The notes beneath the pieces were generated by a model. The model was not told the origin of the DNA. It did not search any database and saw nothing but the letters and a program-made list of their open reading frames with translations. Shown here in pieces: positions 31,562 to 40,620 of a stretch of DNA of 64,000 nt. Where the stretch lies: assembly GCA_963768055.1 (NCBI GenBank), contig CAVYGN010000001.1:512001-576000 (forward strand), read 5' to 3'. The position numbers were made by a program, and so were the translations under genes. Position 1 is the stretch's first letter. The number at the start of each line of letters is the position of its first letter. The DNA is from an uncultured Spirochaetota bacterium. GTDB taxonomy: Bacteria > Spirochaetota > Brevinematia > Brevinematales > JAOACQ01.

Positions 31562-34477
31562 ATGAAATACAGTTTTGTGATTCCAACCTTCAATAATAAA
31601 ATATTGTTAAAGAACACGCTTGAAGCGCTGAATTATCAGCCGGGTTACGGCCATTATGAAGTGATAGTCGTTGACGACGGATCATCGGATGACACATATA
31701 AATACATCAAAGGAACGGCCCGGAATTATAATCTAAAATATTATTATCTTGAACGCTGCAGGGATTCCTGCAGGGCCAGGACAAGAAATCATGGATGGAA
31801 AAACGCCGAAGGCGAAATCATCGCTTTCATCGATTCCGATATCATTGTAAAACCGGATTATCTCTCTGAGCTGGACAGGTGTTTTTCAATGGGCAGGGAT
31901 ATTATCGTCATCGGCAACAGGCTTTTACTCAACGATCAGACAGCTTACCTGGATGTAGCTAGCGGTGATATTTTCAAAAAATACCGTTTCGATGGTAATC
32001 TTGATATTCTAGAGTTCAGATACCTGATTTTTCAATTCATGTCTTTTAACGCCGGTTCAATCAACCGGCCCTGGACGCAGGTTTACAGCTGCAACATGGC
32101 GCTTCCTAAAAAATGGCTTGAAAAGACAGGCGGATTCGACGAGAATTTTAAGGGCTGGGGAGTCGAGGATATCGACTTCGGATATTCAATGTTCAGGCAA
32201 AATGTTAAAATTATTATCAGTTCGAAGCTGGAGGTATTGCATCAATTTCATGGGGTCAGGAATGACCTTATTATAAGCAATGAAAACATCGGGAGATATA
32301 ATGAGAATATCAAATATTTCCTGACAAAATATCCGGAAGCGCTCGGGATGTCCAAAGAAAAGGCATATAAATTTTTAAGAGGGGAGGAATCGGAAGACGC
32401 GGCGCCTGAAATCCCGGGATTGAAGTATATCGGTATAGATTTCAGGGAAAAAAAGAGCCTGAAAAGCCTGAAAAAACTGATTTTGAATTCCATGAAAAAA
32501 AAGAATGAGATTGTAGTCGTTAACGATTATGTCGAGGATACAGATCTGGATATCTGGCTTCAGCATTTAGAAGGAAATGTAAATTCTGCCGCCAGATATT
32601 TTCCGATGTCCAAAAGGATCGATATAGAAACCGCAGTGGAATACTTGAAAAATGAAAAGGAAAGGCAGAGGAAAGCCGAGGTTTTAAAAACCGAGGATAC
32701 CCTCCTGCAGAAAATGTACGGGAATGGATGGGAGAGGAGAGTGATCGGCAAGGCCGATCCGATACCAGGCCGTGAAAATTCCCGCTATTCCTGGGTAAAA
32801 ACAAATGTATTTGGTAAGAAAATACTGGAAATAGGATGCTCGTCTGGTTACGGCACGAAATATTTAAAATACATTGGCGGGCTTGATTATTTGGGCATTG
32901 ACTATGACAGGGCTGTTATAGGGTTAGCAGTGAAGGAATTCGGGGAAGAGGGTAAAATCCGCTTTGAAAACCATGATATTCATGAATACCTGTCATACAT
33001 GGAAGCGAACAAAATAAGATACGACACGATAATAGCCCTGGAGATATTGGAACATATTGCTGACGGGTTGGAATTAGCCCAAAAATTAAAGAAATTCTGC
33101 GGCAGGCTGCTGATAAGTATGCCTTACAAAGAAAAGGAGGGATACTGGGGCTGTTACCATCTTATTCATGGCATTGAAGAAACCGATCTGAAGGGCTTTC
33201 ATATTGTTTTTCTGCATGACGACGGAACTCTTTCCGACAGGCCAAGCGGTTCTGAAAGTGATTTAATGCTGGCATCCTGGAAAAAGCAGGATAATAATAT
33301 CAAAATCAAGATTTACGCCGGGCTGGTTTGCCCGAGACGGTCGATCGATTACAAAAAATTGGAAATATACTTCCGTATGAACGGCTGTTATGTTACAGAG
33401 AAACCGGAAGATGCCACTCATATTATCCTTGTTACATGCGGTTTTATAGACAGAAATATCCGGGAATCTTTTGAACTGATCAATATATTGAGAAAATATC
33501 CCGGCAAATTAATTGTAGCCGGCTGCCTCTATGATATTATCAGGGAAAAAGTTACGGATCAATTTGACGGCAGCATACTGACTACCAAACATATGGAGAA
33601 GATAGATGAATTATTCCCTGATTTTGTTTATAAGTGGAAAGATATTCCCGACGCGAACTCTATGCATAATTATGAAGAGATTAACAAGCTGATCGGCAAT
33701 AAGAAAGAAATGACAGAAGAGTTTTTTTACGACAGGAACAAATTCGAGGATTGGGAACATAATTTCCTTATCCGGATAGGGGAAGGCTGTAATTTCAACT
33801 GCACATATTGTTCCCATATAAAGGCTATAGGAAGGCTGCATAGTAAAAGCATGGATGAATGTATCAGGGAATTTAAACTCGGCTACCGGCTCGAGTACAG
33901 GCTTTTCAGGATCACATCAATGGATATCGGGAGTTATGGAACTGATATTAACCTGACGTTTCCGTTTTTATTGAACCGGATGTTATCGGAGGCGGAAGAC
34001 ACCATATTCGTTCTGGAAGATATTAATCCTGTCTGGCTGTTAAAATATGAGAAAGAACTATTGCCGATAATAGAGAGGAAAAGAATTAAAATGATCCAGC
34101 TCCCCACACAGTCCGGAAGCTTGAGAATACTGGAGAAAATGCGGAGATGGCATGATGTTGACAAGCTTATAAAATTATTAAAATCAATAAAAAAAGCCGA
34201 TCCGGATATCCTGTTAGCAACCGAGATCATTATCGGGTTTCCGACAGAAACCAGCCATGATTTTGAAGAAACTTTGAAGTTTTTAAAGCTTGCGCAATTC
34301 AGTTTTTCTTATATTTATCCATATTACGAAAATGAGTATATCGAATCCTATAAAATAACCCCGAAATGTGATAAGAAAACAATTGAAGAAAGGCTGGAAA
34401 AGGCAAAATCATTCTGCGGGAAAAACCGGATAAGCTATTCGATAATGCTTAATAATAATGAAGGAGTTAACAAATGA
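31562..34477 (+). CDS. Triple fusion: GT2 + class I MTase + MiaB/RimO-like methylthiotransferase-type radical SAM
   Basis: VDDGSSD/FIDSD; ILEIGCSSGYG/ALEILEH; UPF0004-like C.RR..D, VTCGF, VAGCL; GCNFNCTYC, QSGS.RIL..MRR, IIIGFPTET; no TRAM domain. Confidence 0.8.
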   Translation: MKYSFVIPTFNNKILLKNTLEALNYQPGYGHYEVIVVDDGSSDDTYKYIKGTARNYNLKYYYLERCRDSCRARTRNHGWKNAEGEIIAFIDSDIIVKPDYLSELDRCFSMGRDIIVIGNRLLLNDQTAYLDVASGDIFKKYRFDGNLDILEFRYLIFQFMSFNAGSINRPWTQVYSCNMALPKKWLEKTGGFDENFKGWGVEDIDFGYSMFRQNVKIIISSKLEVLHQFHGVRNDLIISNENIGRYNENIKYFLTKYPEALGMSKEKAYKFLRGEESEDAAPEIPGLKYIGIDFREKKSLKSLKKLILNSMKKKNEIVVVNDYVEDTDLDIWLQHLEGNVNSAARYFPMSKRIDIETAVEYLKNEKERQRKAEVLKTEDTLLQKMYGNGWERRVIGKADPIPGRENSRYSWVKTNVFGKKILEIGCSSGYGTKYLKYIGGLDYLGIDYDRAVIGLAVKEFGEEGKIRFENHDIHEYLSYMEANKIRYDTIIALEILEHIADGLELAQKLKKFCGRLLISMPYKEKEGYWGCYHLIHGIEETDLKGFHIVFLHDDGTLSDRPSGSESDLMLASWKKQDNNIKIKIYAGLVCPRRSIDYKKLEIYFRMNGCYVTEKPEDATHIILVTCGFIDRNIRESFELINILRKYPGKLIVAGCLYDIIREKVTDQFDGSILTTKHMEKIDELFPDFVYKWKDIPDANSMHNYEEINKLIGNKKEMTEEFFYDRNKFEDWEHNFLIRIGEGCNFNCTYCSHIKAIGRLHSKSMDECIREFKLGYRLEYRLFRITSMDIGSYGTDINLTFPFLLNRMLSEAEDTIFVLEDINPVWLLKYEKELLPIIERKRIKMIQLPTQSGSLRILEKMRRWHDVDKLIKLLKSIKKADPDILLATEIIIGFPTETSHDFEETLKFLKLAQFSFSYIYPYYENEYIESYKITPKCDKKTIEERLEKAKSFCGKNRISYSIMLNNNEGVNK

Positions 34478-34758
34478 GTTCGAGGAAAACGATCGGAGTA
34501 AGTATTAGTAAAAGTTACTTTATCGCCTATATTGAATCGGACGGCATTCATAAAATAACGAGGTACCCCGATAATAAAAATGGTATTAATAGTTTTTTGG
34601 ATGAACTGGATGACAATACGGTTATCGGGATAGAAAGACGCGGCCGGTCCGGCGCTTTTATTAAATCGATCAAGCATCTGATAAAAGAATATATATTGCT
34701 TTGTCATGAAGATTTTATTACTTTTATCAGCCTTACAGACAAAGAAATTAACGAATAG
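34474..34758 (+). pseudogene. IS110-family transposase N-terminal remnant
   Basis: IGVSISK..YPDNKNGI..VIGIERRG resembles IS110 GIDxSK..FxNxxxG..VxxExTG; only 94 aa, first catalytic Asp replaced. Confidence 0.5.
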
Positions 34759-34769
34759 GAGAAGGAGAA

Positions 34770-35471
34770 ATGAAGAATTATGTTTTAATTTTAATCGCGA
34801 TGTTTACAATTAATCCGCTTTTTACTAAGCCGGTTTATTCAGAAGACAAAGACATTAAACTTGAAGATCATCAATCAAGCCTTAATGTGGATTTGATAAC
34901 TGTTCTTCAAAATCGTAAATCGACACGGGGGTTTACCGATAGGGAAATATCATTGAAAGATCTGTCCACAATCCTATGGGCAGCAAATGGGATCAATCGT
35001 TATGATGGAAAAAGAACTGCTCCTTCACTTATGGGCATATATTTTATCCAGATCTATGTAACATCTTCCAATGGAACCTATCACTATGATCCGCCAAGCT
35101 CAACACTGAAATTCTTTTCAGATAAGGACTTAAGAGGGATTCTTGGCCGTCATAGTGTCGGCGGTATGTATGACATTCCAAAAGCAAGCTATGTTCTGAT
35201 TTTGACGGCCAGACTTTATATGGCGCCTATATCGGAACCTTACGGTATTGATAAAGTCAGCAGGATAAATTATGCACACTCTACAGCCGGCTGCATAGCG
35301 GAAAATGTATATATTACTGCTGCTGCCCTTGGAATCGGAACACGAATTGCCGCAAATATCAATTTCAAAGAAATTATTGAAGAATTGAGGCTTGGCGAGG
35401 ATGAAATCCCGCTCTACATAATGCCTCTTGGTTATCCGAATGCATCCGGGTCAGATCATCTATTTAAATAA
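34770..35471 (+). CDS. Nitroreductase (SagB/ThcOx-like) with signal peptide
   Basis: RKSTRGF, LSTILWAANG, RTAPS, GCIAENVY..AAALGIGT, IMPLGYP; hydrophobic N-terminus. Confidence 0.85.
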   Translation: MKNYVLILIAMFTINPLFTKPVYSEDKDIKLEDHQSSLNVDLITVLQNRKSTRGFTDREISLKDLSTILWAANGINRYDGKRTAPSLMGIYFIQIYVTSSNGTYHYDPPSSTLKFFSDKDLRGILGRHSVGGMYDIPKASYVLILTARLYMAPISEPYGIDKVSRINYAHSTAGCIAENVYITAAALGIGTRIAANINFKEIIEELRLGEDEIPLYIMPLGYPNASGSDHLFK

Positions 35472-35562
35472 TACCAGTGAAGAAATAAATGCAGATCAGT
35501 CGGTGACGGATAGCCGGGAATGCAATATTCCGTCTTATGAACAAAGGATGTATTATCCCCGT

Positions 35563-36345
35563 CTACGGCTTCCTGAATGTAATACTATAATATTTTCCAC
35601 CCCAGAGCGATCCGTCCCATTCTAAATCCTTCATTTTTTCAGGTATTAAATTCACCGGTATAGTTACCGCTTTCTTTCTGGTCTTGTAGTTCTTTTCCGC
35701 TAACGGATATTTATCATATAATTCTCTAACGAGTTTCTCCGTTTCATCTGCAATGAGTATTTTAGTACCGGGTTTAGCCACACGGATCATTTCTCTTACG
35801 GCCTTTTCCTTATCATTAAAAAAATTGATGCCCCCATTGTGTAAAACCACATCAAAACATTCATCATAAAAAGGAAGATTTTCAGCGCTGCCGTTAAAGA
35901 GGGATAGATTGTAACCCCATTTTTTATTATTTTTCCGACATCTTTTAAGCATGGATAGGGTGATGTCAAGGCCATAATACTCTGCATTCTTTGGGAGGTA
36001 TTTTAAATCCATCCCCGTTCCGATAGAAACAATCAACACCTTATTTCCCTCTTTTATCTCAAGCTTATCCATCAGATCCCTGCGCATTTTTAAAAGCGAG
36101 TCTTTGATGAAAATCGGCGCTATAATGAGTTCCATAAAATCATATGCAAATGCGATCCAGTGATACATTTTCTCATAGATCCTGTTATCTCCGGTCAAAT
36201 CATCCTTATTTGTAAAAATAGGTATTTTTTTAATAATCGGATATCTCTTGCCGGACTCTAAATTAATAAAATACTTATCCCGGAATAGCTCTAAAGGTTC
36301 TTGTGTAAAAGGATCACAAATCAATTTATTAATATCAGGCTTCAT
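35563..36345 (-). CDS. Class I SAM methyltransferase (UbiE-like) with Trm112-like N-terminus
   Basis: CDP..YPIIKKIP, VSIGTG, GLDIT, AENLPF, EMIRVAKPG. Confidence 0.85.
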   Translation of the reverse strand: MKPDINKLICDPFTQEPLELFRDKYFINLESGKRYPIIKKIPIFTNKDDLTGDNRIYEKMYHWIAFAYDFMELIIAPIFIKDSLLKMRRDLMDKLEIKEGNKVLIVSIGTGMDLKYLPKNAEYYGLDITLSMLKRCRKNNKKWGYNLSLFNGSAENLPFYDECFDVVLHNGGINFFNDKEKAVREMIRVAKPGTKILIADETEKLVRELYDKYPLAEKNYKTRKKAVTIPVNLIPEKMKDLEWDGSLWGGKYYSITFRKP

Positions 36346-36356
36346 AACACCTCCTG

Positions 36357-36896
36357 TTATTTTTTTTTCAAGTAAGACAGCGCCAGCTCACACCAATCCA
36401 GATATGCCTCATAAACTTTCTGGCCGAAACGGATTGTCAATAATACATAGTCGTGGTTTCCATCCCGGTCAGGAATACCGCTGATCTCTTCATTGAAAAG
36501 GTTTAACATTGTTAAATCCTGTTTATGCCTGGATTGGAATTCCCGGATATGCCGGATCAGAATTGCCCTGTCCGACAGATTTCCAAAATATGTTTTTAAT
36601 AGAATTTCATAACGGTTTATTTCAGTTTCAACCGGCTTCTTCAGCCAATCCCGAAGAGTTGTATTTCCATTTTCAGTTATTCTATATGAATATCTTTTTC
36701 TTTTCCCGCTGGCCGGAGCCATTTCCTTAACAATCAACCCTTCTTTTACAAGGCTTTCCAGTTCCGGGTAAATTTGTCCGAAGCTCTCGCTCCAGAAATA
36801 ATTAAACCGGATCCCGATACATTTTTTAATATCATATCCGGAAAGCGGTTTCTCAGTCAAGAGTCCGAGGATGACATATTTTGTTTTTCTTTCCAT
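36357..36896 (-). CDS. PadR-family transcriptional regulator
   Basis: ILGLL..SGYDIKK..FW.ES.GQIYPEL..Y.ITENG; C-terminal YLDWC. Confidence 0.9.
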   Translation of the reverse strand: MERKTKYVILGLLTEKPLSGYDIKKCIGIRFNYFWSESFGQIYPELESLVKEGLIVKEMAPASGKRKRYSYRITENGNTTLRDWLKKPVETEINRYEILLKTYFGNLSDRAILIRHIREFQSRHKQDLTMLNLFNEEISGIPDRDGNHDYVLLTIRFGQKVYEAYLDWCELALSYLKKK

Positions 36897-36906
36897 AAAT
36901 TTCTCC

Positions 36907-36925
36907 ATATATCTATTAGATATAT
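36907..36925. promoter_or_regulatory. Probable PadR operator
   Basis: Perfect ATATATCTA-T-TAGATATAT palindrome next to the padR RBS. Confidence 0.55.
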
Positions 36926-37067
36926 TTTAATAAAAAAAATTTTTTTTGTCAAGAGGTAAAGGAAAAATTTATTTCTATTTTGATAAAAGTGCCGATCAGG
37001 GATAAATGGATTATCCGCATTTTTATCCTGCATCCGATATTTTCGGATTAAAACCGGGAAGAGGGGC

Positions 37068-37985
37068 TTACTTTTTTATGCCGCCGGAAAGGCCCTCGAT
37101 GAAATATCTCTGGAAGACCAGGAAAATAAAGATAGGTATGAGGGAGAACATGAAACCGGTCGCCATTATAAGCTCGGGAACCCTTCCTACGCTGTTGGAA
37201 TTCAAAGCGGCTATCGCTATCGGTATCGTATAAAGATTGGAGCTGTCCAGCATGATGATCGGAATGAGGAAATCGTTCCAGACGCTTCTGAAAGTGAAAA
37301 TAGAAAGGGCCGCCAGAGCGGGTGTGGAAAGGGGAAGTATTATATTCCACCAGATCTTTAAATGGCTTGCCCCGTCGATCTTGGCCGATTCGATAAAGGA
37401 ATACGGCAGTTTTATATAGAACTGCCTCATGAGGAACACTCCTATGGCCGAAACAGACCCCGGCAGAATCAGTCCCAGAAGGTTATTCCTGAGGCGAAGT
37501 GCGATCATCAATTTGTAATAGGGCGAAAGCATTGTGATGGTAGGGAGCATGAAGCTCAGCAATATGAAATAAAAAAATAAATTTTTCAGGGGAAAGCGCA
37601 GGAAAGCGAATGCATAGGCGCAAAGAGAACAGAGCAGGAGGGTGAGCACGGTCGTGCCGGCCGTCACTATGATCGAATTGATGAAAGCGCCTCCAAGGTT
37701 TATTCCATGGGGGGCCAATAAAGCGTTGATGAAATTAGTAAGAGAATAACTGCCGAAATGAGGCCAGCCGTTGCTGAAATCCAGGAATTTCGGGGGTATG
37801 TTGAACATCTCGATTTTCGGACGGAATGACGCGTCGGCGAGCCAGATAAGGGGATAGAGAAATATAAGAGAAAAGGCGGAAAATGCGATCAATCCCAGGG
37901 TCTGGAAGAAGCTGAACCTTATCCGCTTTTTTTTCGAGTTCCTTATAACCCTTTCAAGGGAGTATTCGTAACTTACATCGGCCAT
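37068..37985 (-). CDS. Carbohydrate ABC transporter permease (MalG-like)
   Basis: ESAKIDGAS EAA motif, WNDFL, FQRYFIEG. Confidence 0.92.
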   Translation of the reverse strand: MADVSYEYSLERVIRNSKKKRIRFSFFQTLGLIAFSAFSLIFLYPLIWLADASFRPKIEMFNIPPKFLDFSNGWPHFGSYSLTNFINALLAPHGINLGGAFINSIIVTAGTTVLTLLLCSLCAYAFAFLRFPLKNLFFYFILLSFMLPTITMLSPYYKLMIALRLRNNLLGLILPGSVSAIGVFLMRQFYIKLPYSFIESAKIDGASHLKIWWNIILPLSTPALAALSIFTFRSVWNDFLIPIIMLDSSNLYTIPIAIAALNSNSVGRVPELIMATGFMFSLIPIFIFLVFQRYFIEGLSGGIKK

Positions 37986-37988
37986 AAA

Positions 37989-38984
37989 TTAATCCTCCTC
38001 ACGGCTGGAACCGAGTCCGAGCACTCTTACCTGTATTATGTTTATAACCACTATAATTGCGAAAACGAACCAGCCGGCCGCAGAGGCGAACCCGACCCTG
38101 GCAGGGGAAGCGTCGAAAGCGTAAAAATAAATATACGGCATGAAGGATTTTGCGGCGTTTCCGGCTCCGAAAATTCCAAGGCCGGTCAGAGGGAAAATAA
38201 CGTAAATTATGTCGAATATCAGGAGGCCTCCGACAAGCGAAGTTATCATGACGAAAGCTATGGCGGGTCTCATCAGGGGCAGTGTGATCCTCGAAGCAAT
38301 CTGCACGGGCGAGGCTCCGTCGATCCTTGCCGCTTCGTAAAGGTTGGGGTCGATCGTCTGCAGCTGCGAGAGAAAATAGACCATATGATAACCTGTCCAT
38401 TGCCAGAAAGACACTATGATCAGCAGGGGAACGCAGAGTTCCTTGTTGTGAAGCCAGTCTACCGGTATCAACAGGTGGGTATCGGGGTTGACTTTCAATA
38501 ATCCGAGAAGACCTAGAAAATAGTTTATAGTTCCCTGGTCGGGATTAAAGATCTGGCTGAAAAGCCATGCCGCTATAACCGAACTTATCACGCAGGGTAC
38601 AAAAAAAGCCGTCCTCAATACCGCCTGCAATTTTTTATAAGGCAGGCTATTGAGGATAAAAGCCATAATGAAAGCTGCAGGGACCTGGGTAACGAGACAT
38701 CCCGCTTCGTATTCGACGGTTATCACGACCGACTTCCAGAATTCTCCTCCGGCGATCAATTCCGACCAGATTTGCCTGTAATTTTCCAGACCGATAAAAA
38801 CCGGGGGATTGACACCCGAAGCGTCGGTTAAAGAAAGGTAAAATCCCGAAATAAAGACATATAACTGAAACAAAAGTACCCCGATCAAAAATGGGGCAAT
38901 GAACAGATAACCGTCGATCCCTTCCCTGAAGCCCTTTCTGGCAAAGATATTCCCCCTTTTTAAAACGGACGCCAAATTCGCCAT
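37989..38984 (-). CDS. Carbohydrate ABC transporter permease (MalF-like)
   Basis: YLFIAP, FIGLENY, LYEAARIDGAS, ITLPLMRP. Confidence 0.92.
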   Translation of the reverse strand: MANLASVLKRGNIFARKGFREGIDGYLFIAPFLIGVLLFQLYVFISGFYLSLTDASGVNPPVFIGLENYRQIWSELIAGGEFWKSVVITVEYEAGCLVTQVPAAFIMAFILNSLPYKKLQAVLRTAFFVPCVISSVIAAWLFSQIFNPDQGTINYFLGLLGLLKVNPDTHLLIPVDWLHNKELCVPLLIIVSFWQWTGYHMVYFLSQLQTIDPNLYEAARIDGASPVQIASRITLPLMRPAIAFVMITSLVGGLLIFDIIYVIFPLTGLGIFGAGNAAKSFMPYIYFYAFDASPARVGFASAAGWFVFAIIVVINIIQVRVLGLGSSREED

Positions 38985-39016
38985 CGGATACTCCTAAACT
39001 TTAATAAACCTGTTAT

Positions 39017-39028
39017 GTTAACGTTAAC
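39017..39028. promoter_or_regulatory. LacI-family-like operator
   Basis: Perfect palindrome GTTAACGTTAAC with central CG upstream of the permeases. Confidence 0.5.
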
Positions 39029-39095
39029 GCAGCATGGATATGTTATCACAAAAAATAAATATGGTAAAATATTTTTTGAAATTATTTTTTACAAA

Positions 39096-40583
39096 TCAGC
39101 CTTTCAATTCCCAGCTTGCGGCGAGAAAGGAAAGGGGAGGCATTTCAAAAAAGGCTTTCCCGTTTGCAAAACGGGCTTCGCTAAAAATAACCGGCTTGAT
39201 CATGCCGGGATTTTCAAAGGTATTGGAGTCCTTAGGGTCGTTCCCTGTTAAAAGTTCGGCGTTTTTAAGGCTGCTTATTCCGGCCCCCGATATTTCCATC
39301 TTGACGGTCATTTTTTCGGCCATGCTGCGGTTTATGACGAAGCTGTGCAGGATGCCCCCGGAAAGCACGGCGCTTGCATCCGCGTATGAAGCTTCTATAT
39401 TACTCTTTGTTTGATATGATTGACTTTTTATAATCGGGATAAGGGATAAACCCTCCCGCCTTTTTGAGAACATTTCGAAAACATAATAGGTCGATTGCAG
39501 GAGTATTTCTTTCCCGCGCGTCATAACGGGCGCTATAACATTAACGGCCTGGGACAAATTGGCGATCCTCACGCAATCGGCATGACGTATGAAGCTGTTT
39601 AAAAAGCCGGCGGCCGCCAGGGCGTCTTCAAGGTTGTAAATTTCCTCGAGAAGATGCGGGGCTCTTTCACCCTTTCCGTCGGATATCATATTTTTATACC
39701 AGACATTCCATTCGTCGAAACTAAGATAAATTCTCTTTTTACTCCTCCTCCTGGCCTGGACAAAACGGCAAGTGGCGTCGGTTTCCTCTATCTGCCTGTC
39801 GATCGAACCGGCCGCGGCTAGATATTCCATAGTATCGTTTTCTTTATTCCCCACGTATCGGTGAATGCTGATATAATCTATTTTATCCCCGAGATATTCG
39901 AGAACTTTGCAGTCCCAATCCAGGTAAGTGGGGAGATCGAAAGCGCTGGTCCCGCAGGCCGTCAATTCGATGGAGGGGTCGAGATCCTTCATCATCCCGG
40001 CGGCCTGGCCGGCGAGAACGGCATATTGTTCAGCCGGCGTGTGGCCGATCTGCCAGTGTCCGTCCATTTCATTTCCCAGGCACCATAATTTCACGTTGTG
40101 CGGCTCTGAAAAACCGTTTTCCGTTCTCATGTCGGAAAAGTGCGTACCCCCCGGACTGTTACAGTATTCCAGCCAGTTCCGGGCTTCCTCGGGAGTTCCA
40201 GTCCCCAGATTGACTGTCAGCATGGGGGACCAGTTCATCTTTCTGCATAGCTTAATATATTCGTCGGTGCCGAACTTGTTGGTCTCGACGCTCCTCCATG
40301 CCAGGTCGATCATGGCCCGTCTTTTATCGGCAGGACCCACCCCGTCCAGCCAGTGATAGCCCGATGCGAAGTTGCCGCCCGGGTAGCGCATTACGGTCAT
40401 ATCGAGCTTCTTTAATGCTGCAAGCACGTCTTTGCGGCAGCCTTCGCTGTCCGCAAGAGGGCTTGAGGGGTCGTAAACGCCTTCGTATACGGCCCTTCCC
40501 ATGTGTTCCAGGAATCCGCCGAAAATCCTCGGATCGACCCTGCCTTTTTGAAAATCTGGATGCAGAAAGATATCAGTATTCAT
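39096..40583 (-). CDS. abfA: Alpha-L-arabinofuranosidase GH51
   Basis: FGGFLEHMGRAVYEG, RYPGGNF, WCLGNEMDG.WQIG, SFDEWNVWY. Confidence 0.93.
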   Translation of the reverse strand: MNTDIFLHPDFQKGRVDPRIFGGFLEHMGRAVYEGVYDPSSPLADSEGCRKDVLAALKKLDMTVMRYPGGNFASGYHWLDGVGPADKRRAMIDLAWRSVETNKFGTDEYIKLCRKMNWSPMLTVNLGTGTPEEARNWLEYCNSPGGTHFSDMRTENGFSEPHNVKLWCLGNEMDGHWQIGHTPAEQYAVLAGQAAGMMKDLDPSIELTACGTSAFDLPTYLDWDCKVLEYLGDKIDYISIHRYVGNKENDTMEYLAAAGSIDRQIEETDATCRFVQARRRSKKRIYLSFDEWNVWYKNMISDGKGERAPHLLEEIYNLEDALAAAGFLNSFIRHADCVRIANLSQAVNVIAPVMTRGKEILLQSTYYVFEMFSKRREGLSLIPIIKSQSYQTKSNIEASYADASAVLSGGILHSFVINRSMAEKMTVKMEISGAGISSLKNAELLTGNDPKDSNTFENPGMIKPVIFSEARFANGKAFFEMPPLSFLAASWELKG

Positions 40584-40620
40584 ATAATCCTCCGCCGGAA
40601 CCGGGAGATACTGCGGCCGG

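Noticed and set aside
8378..35562. RiPP precursor peptide for the rSAM/SPASM and SagB-like enzymes
   Set aside because: No short Cys/Ser/Thr-rich or leader-bearing ORF seen in the small intergenic gaps; no YcaO, RRE or C39 domain recognised
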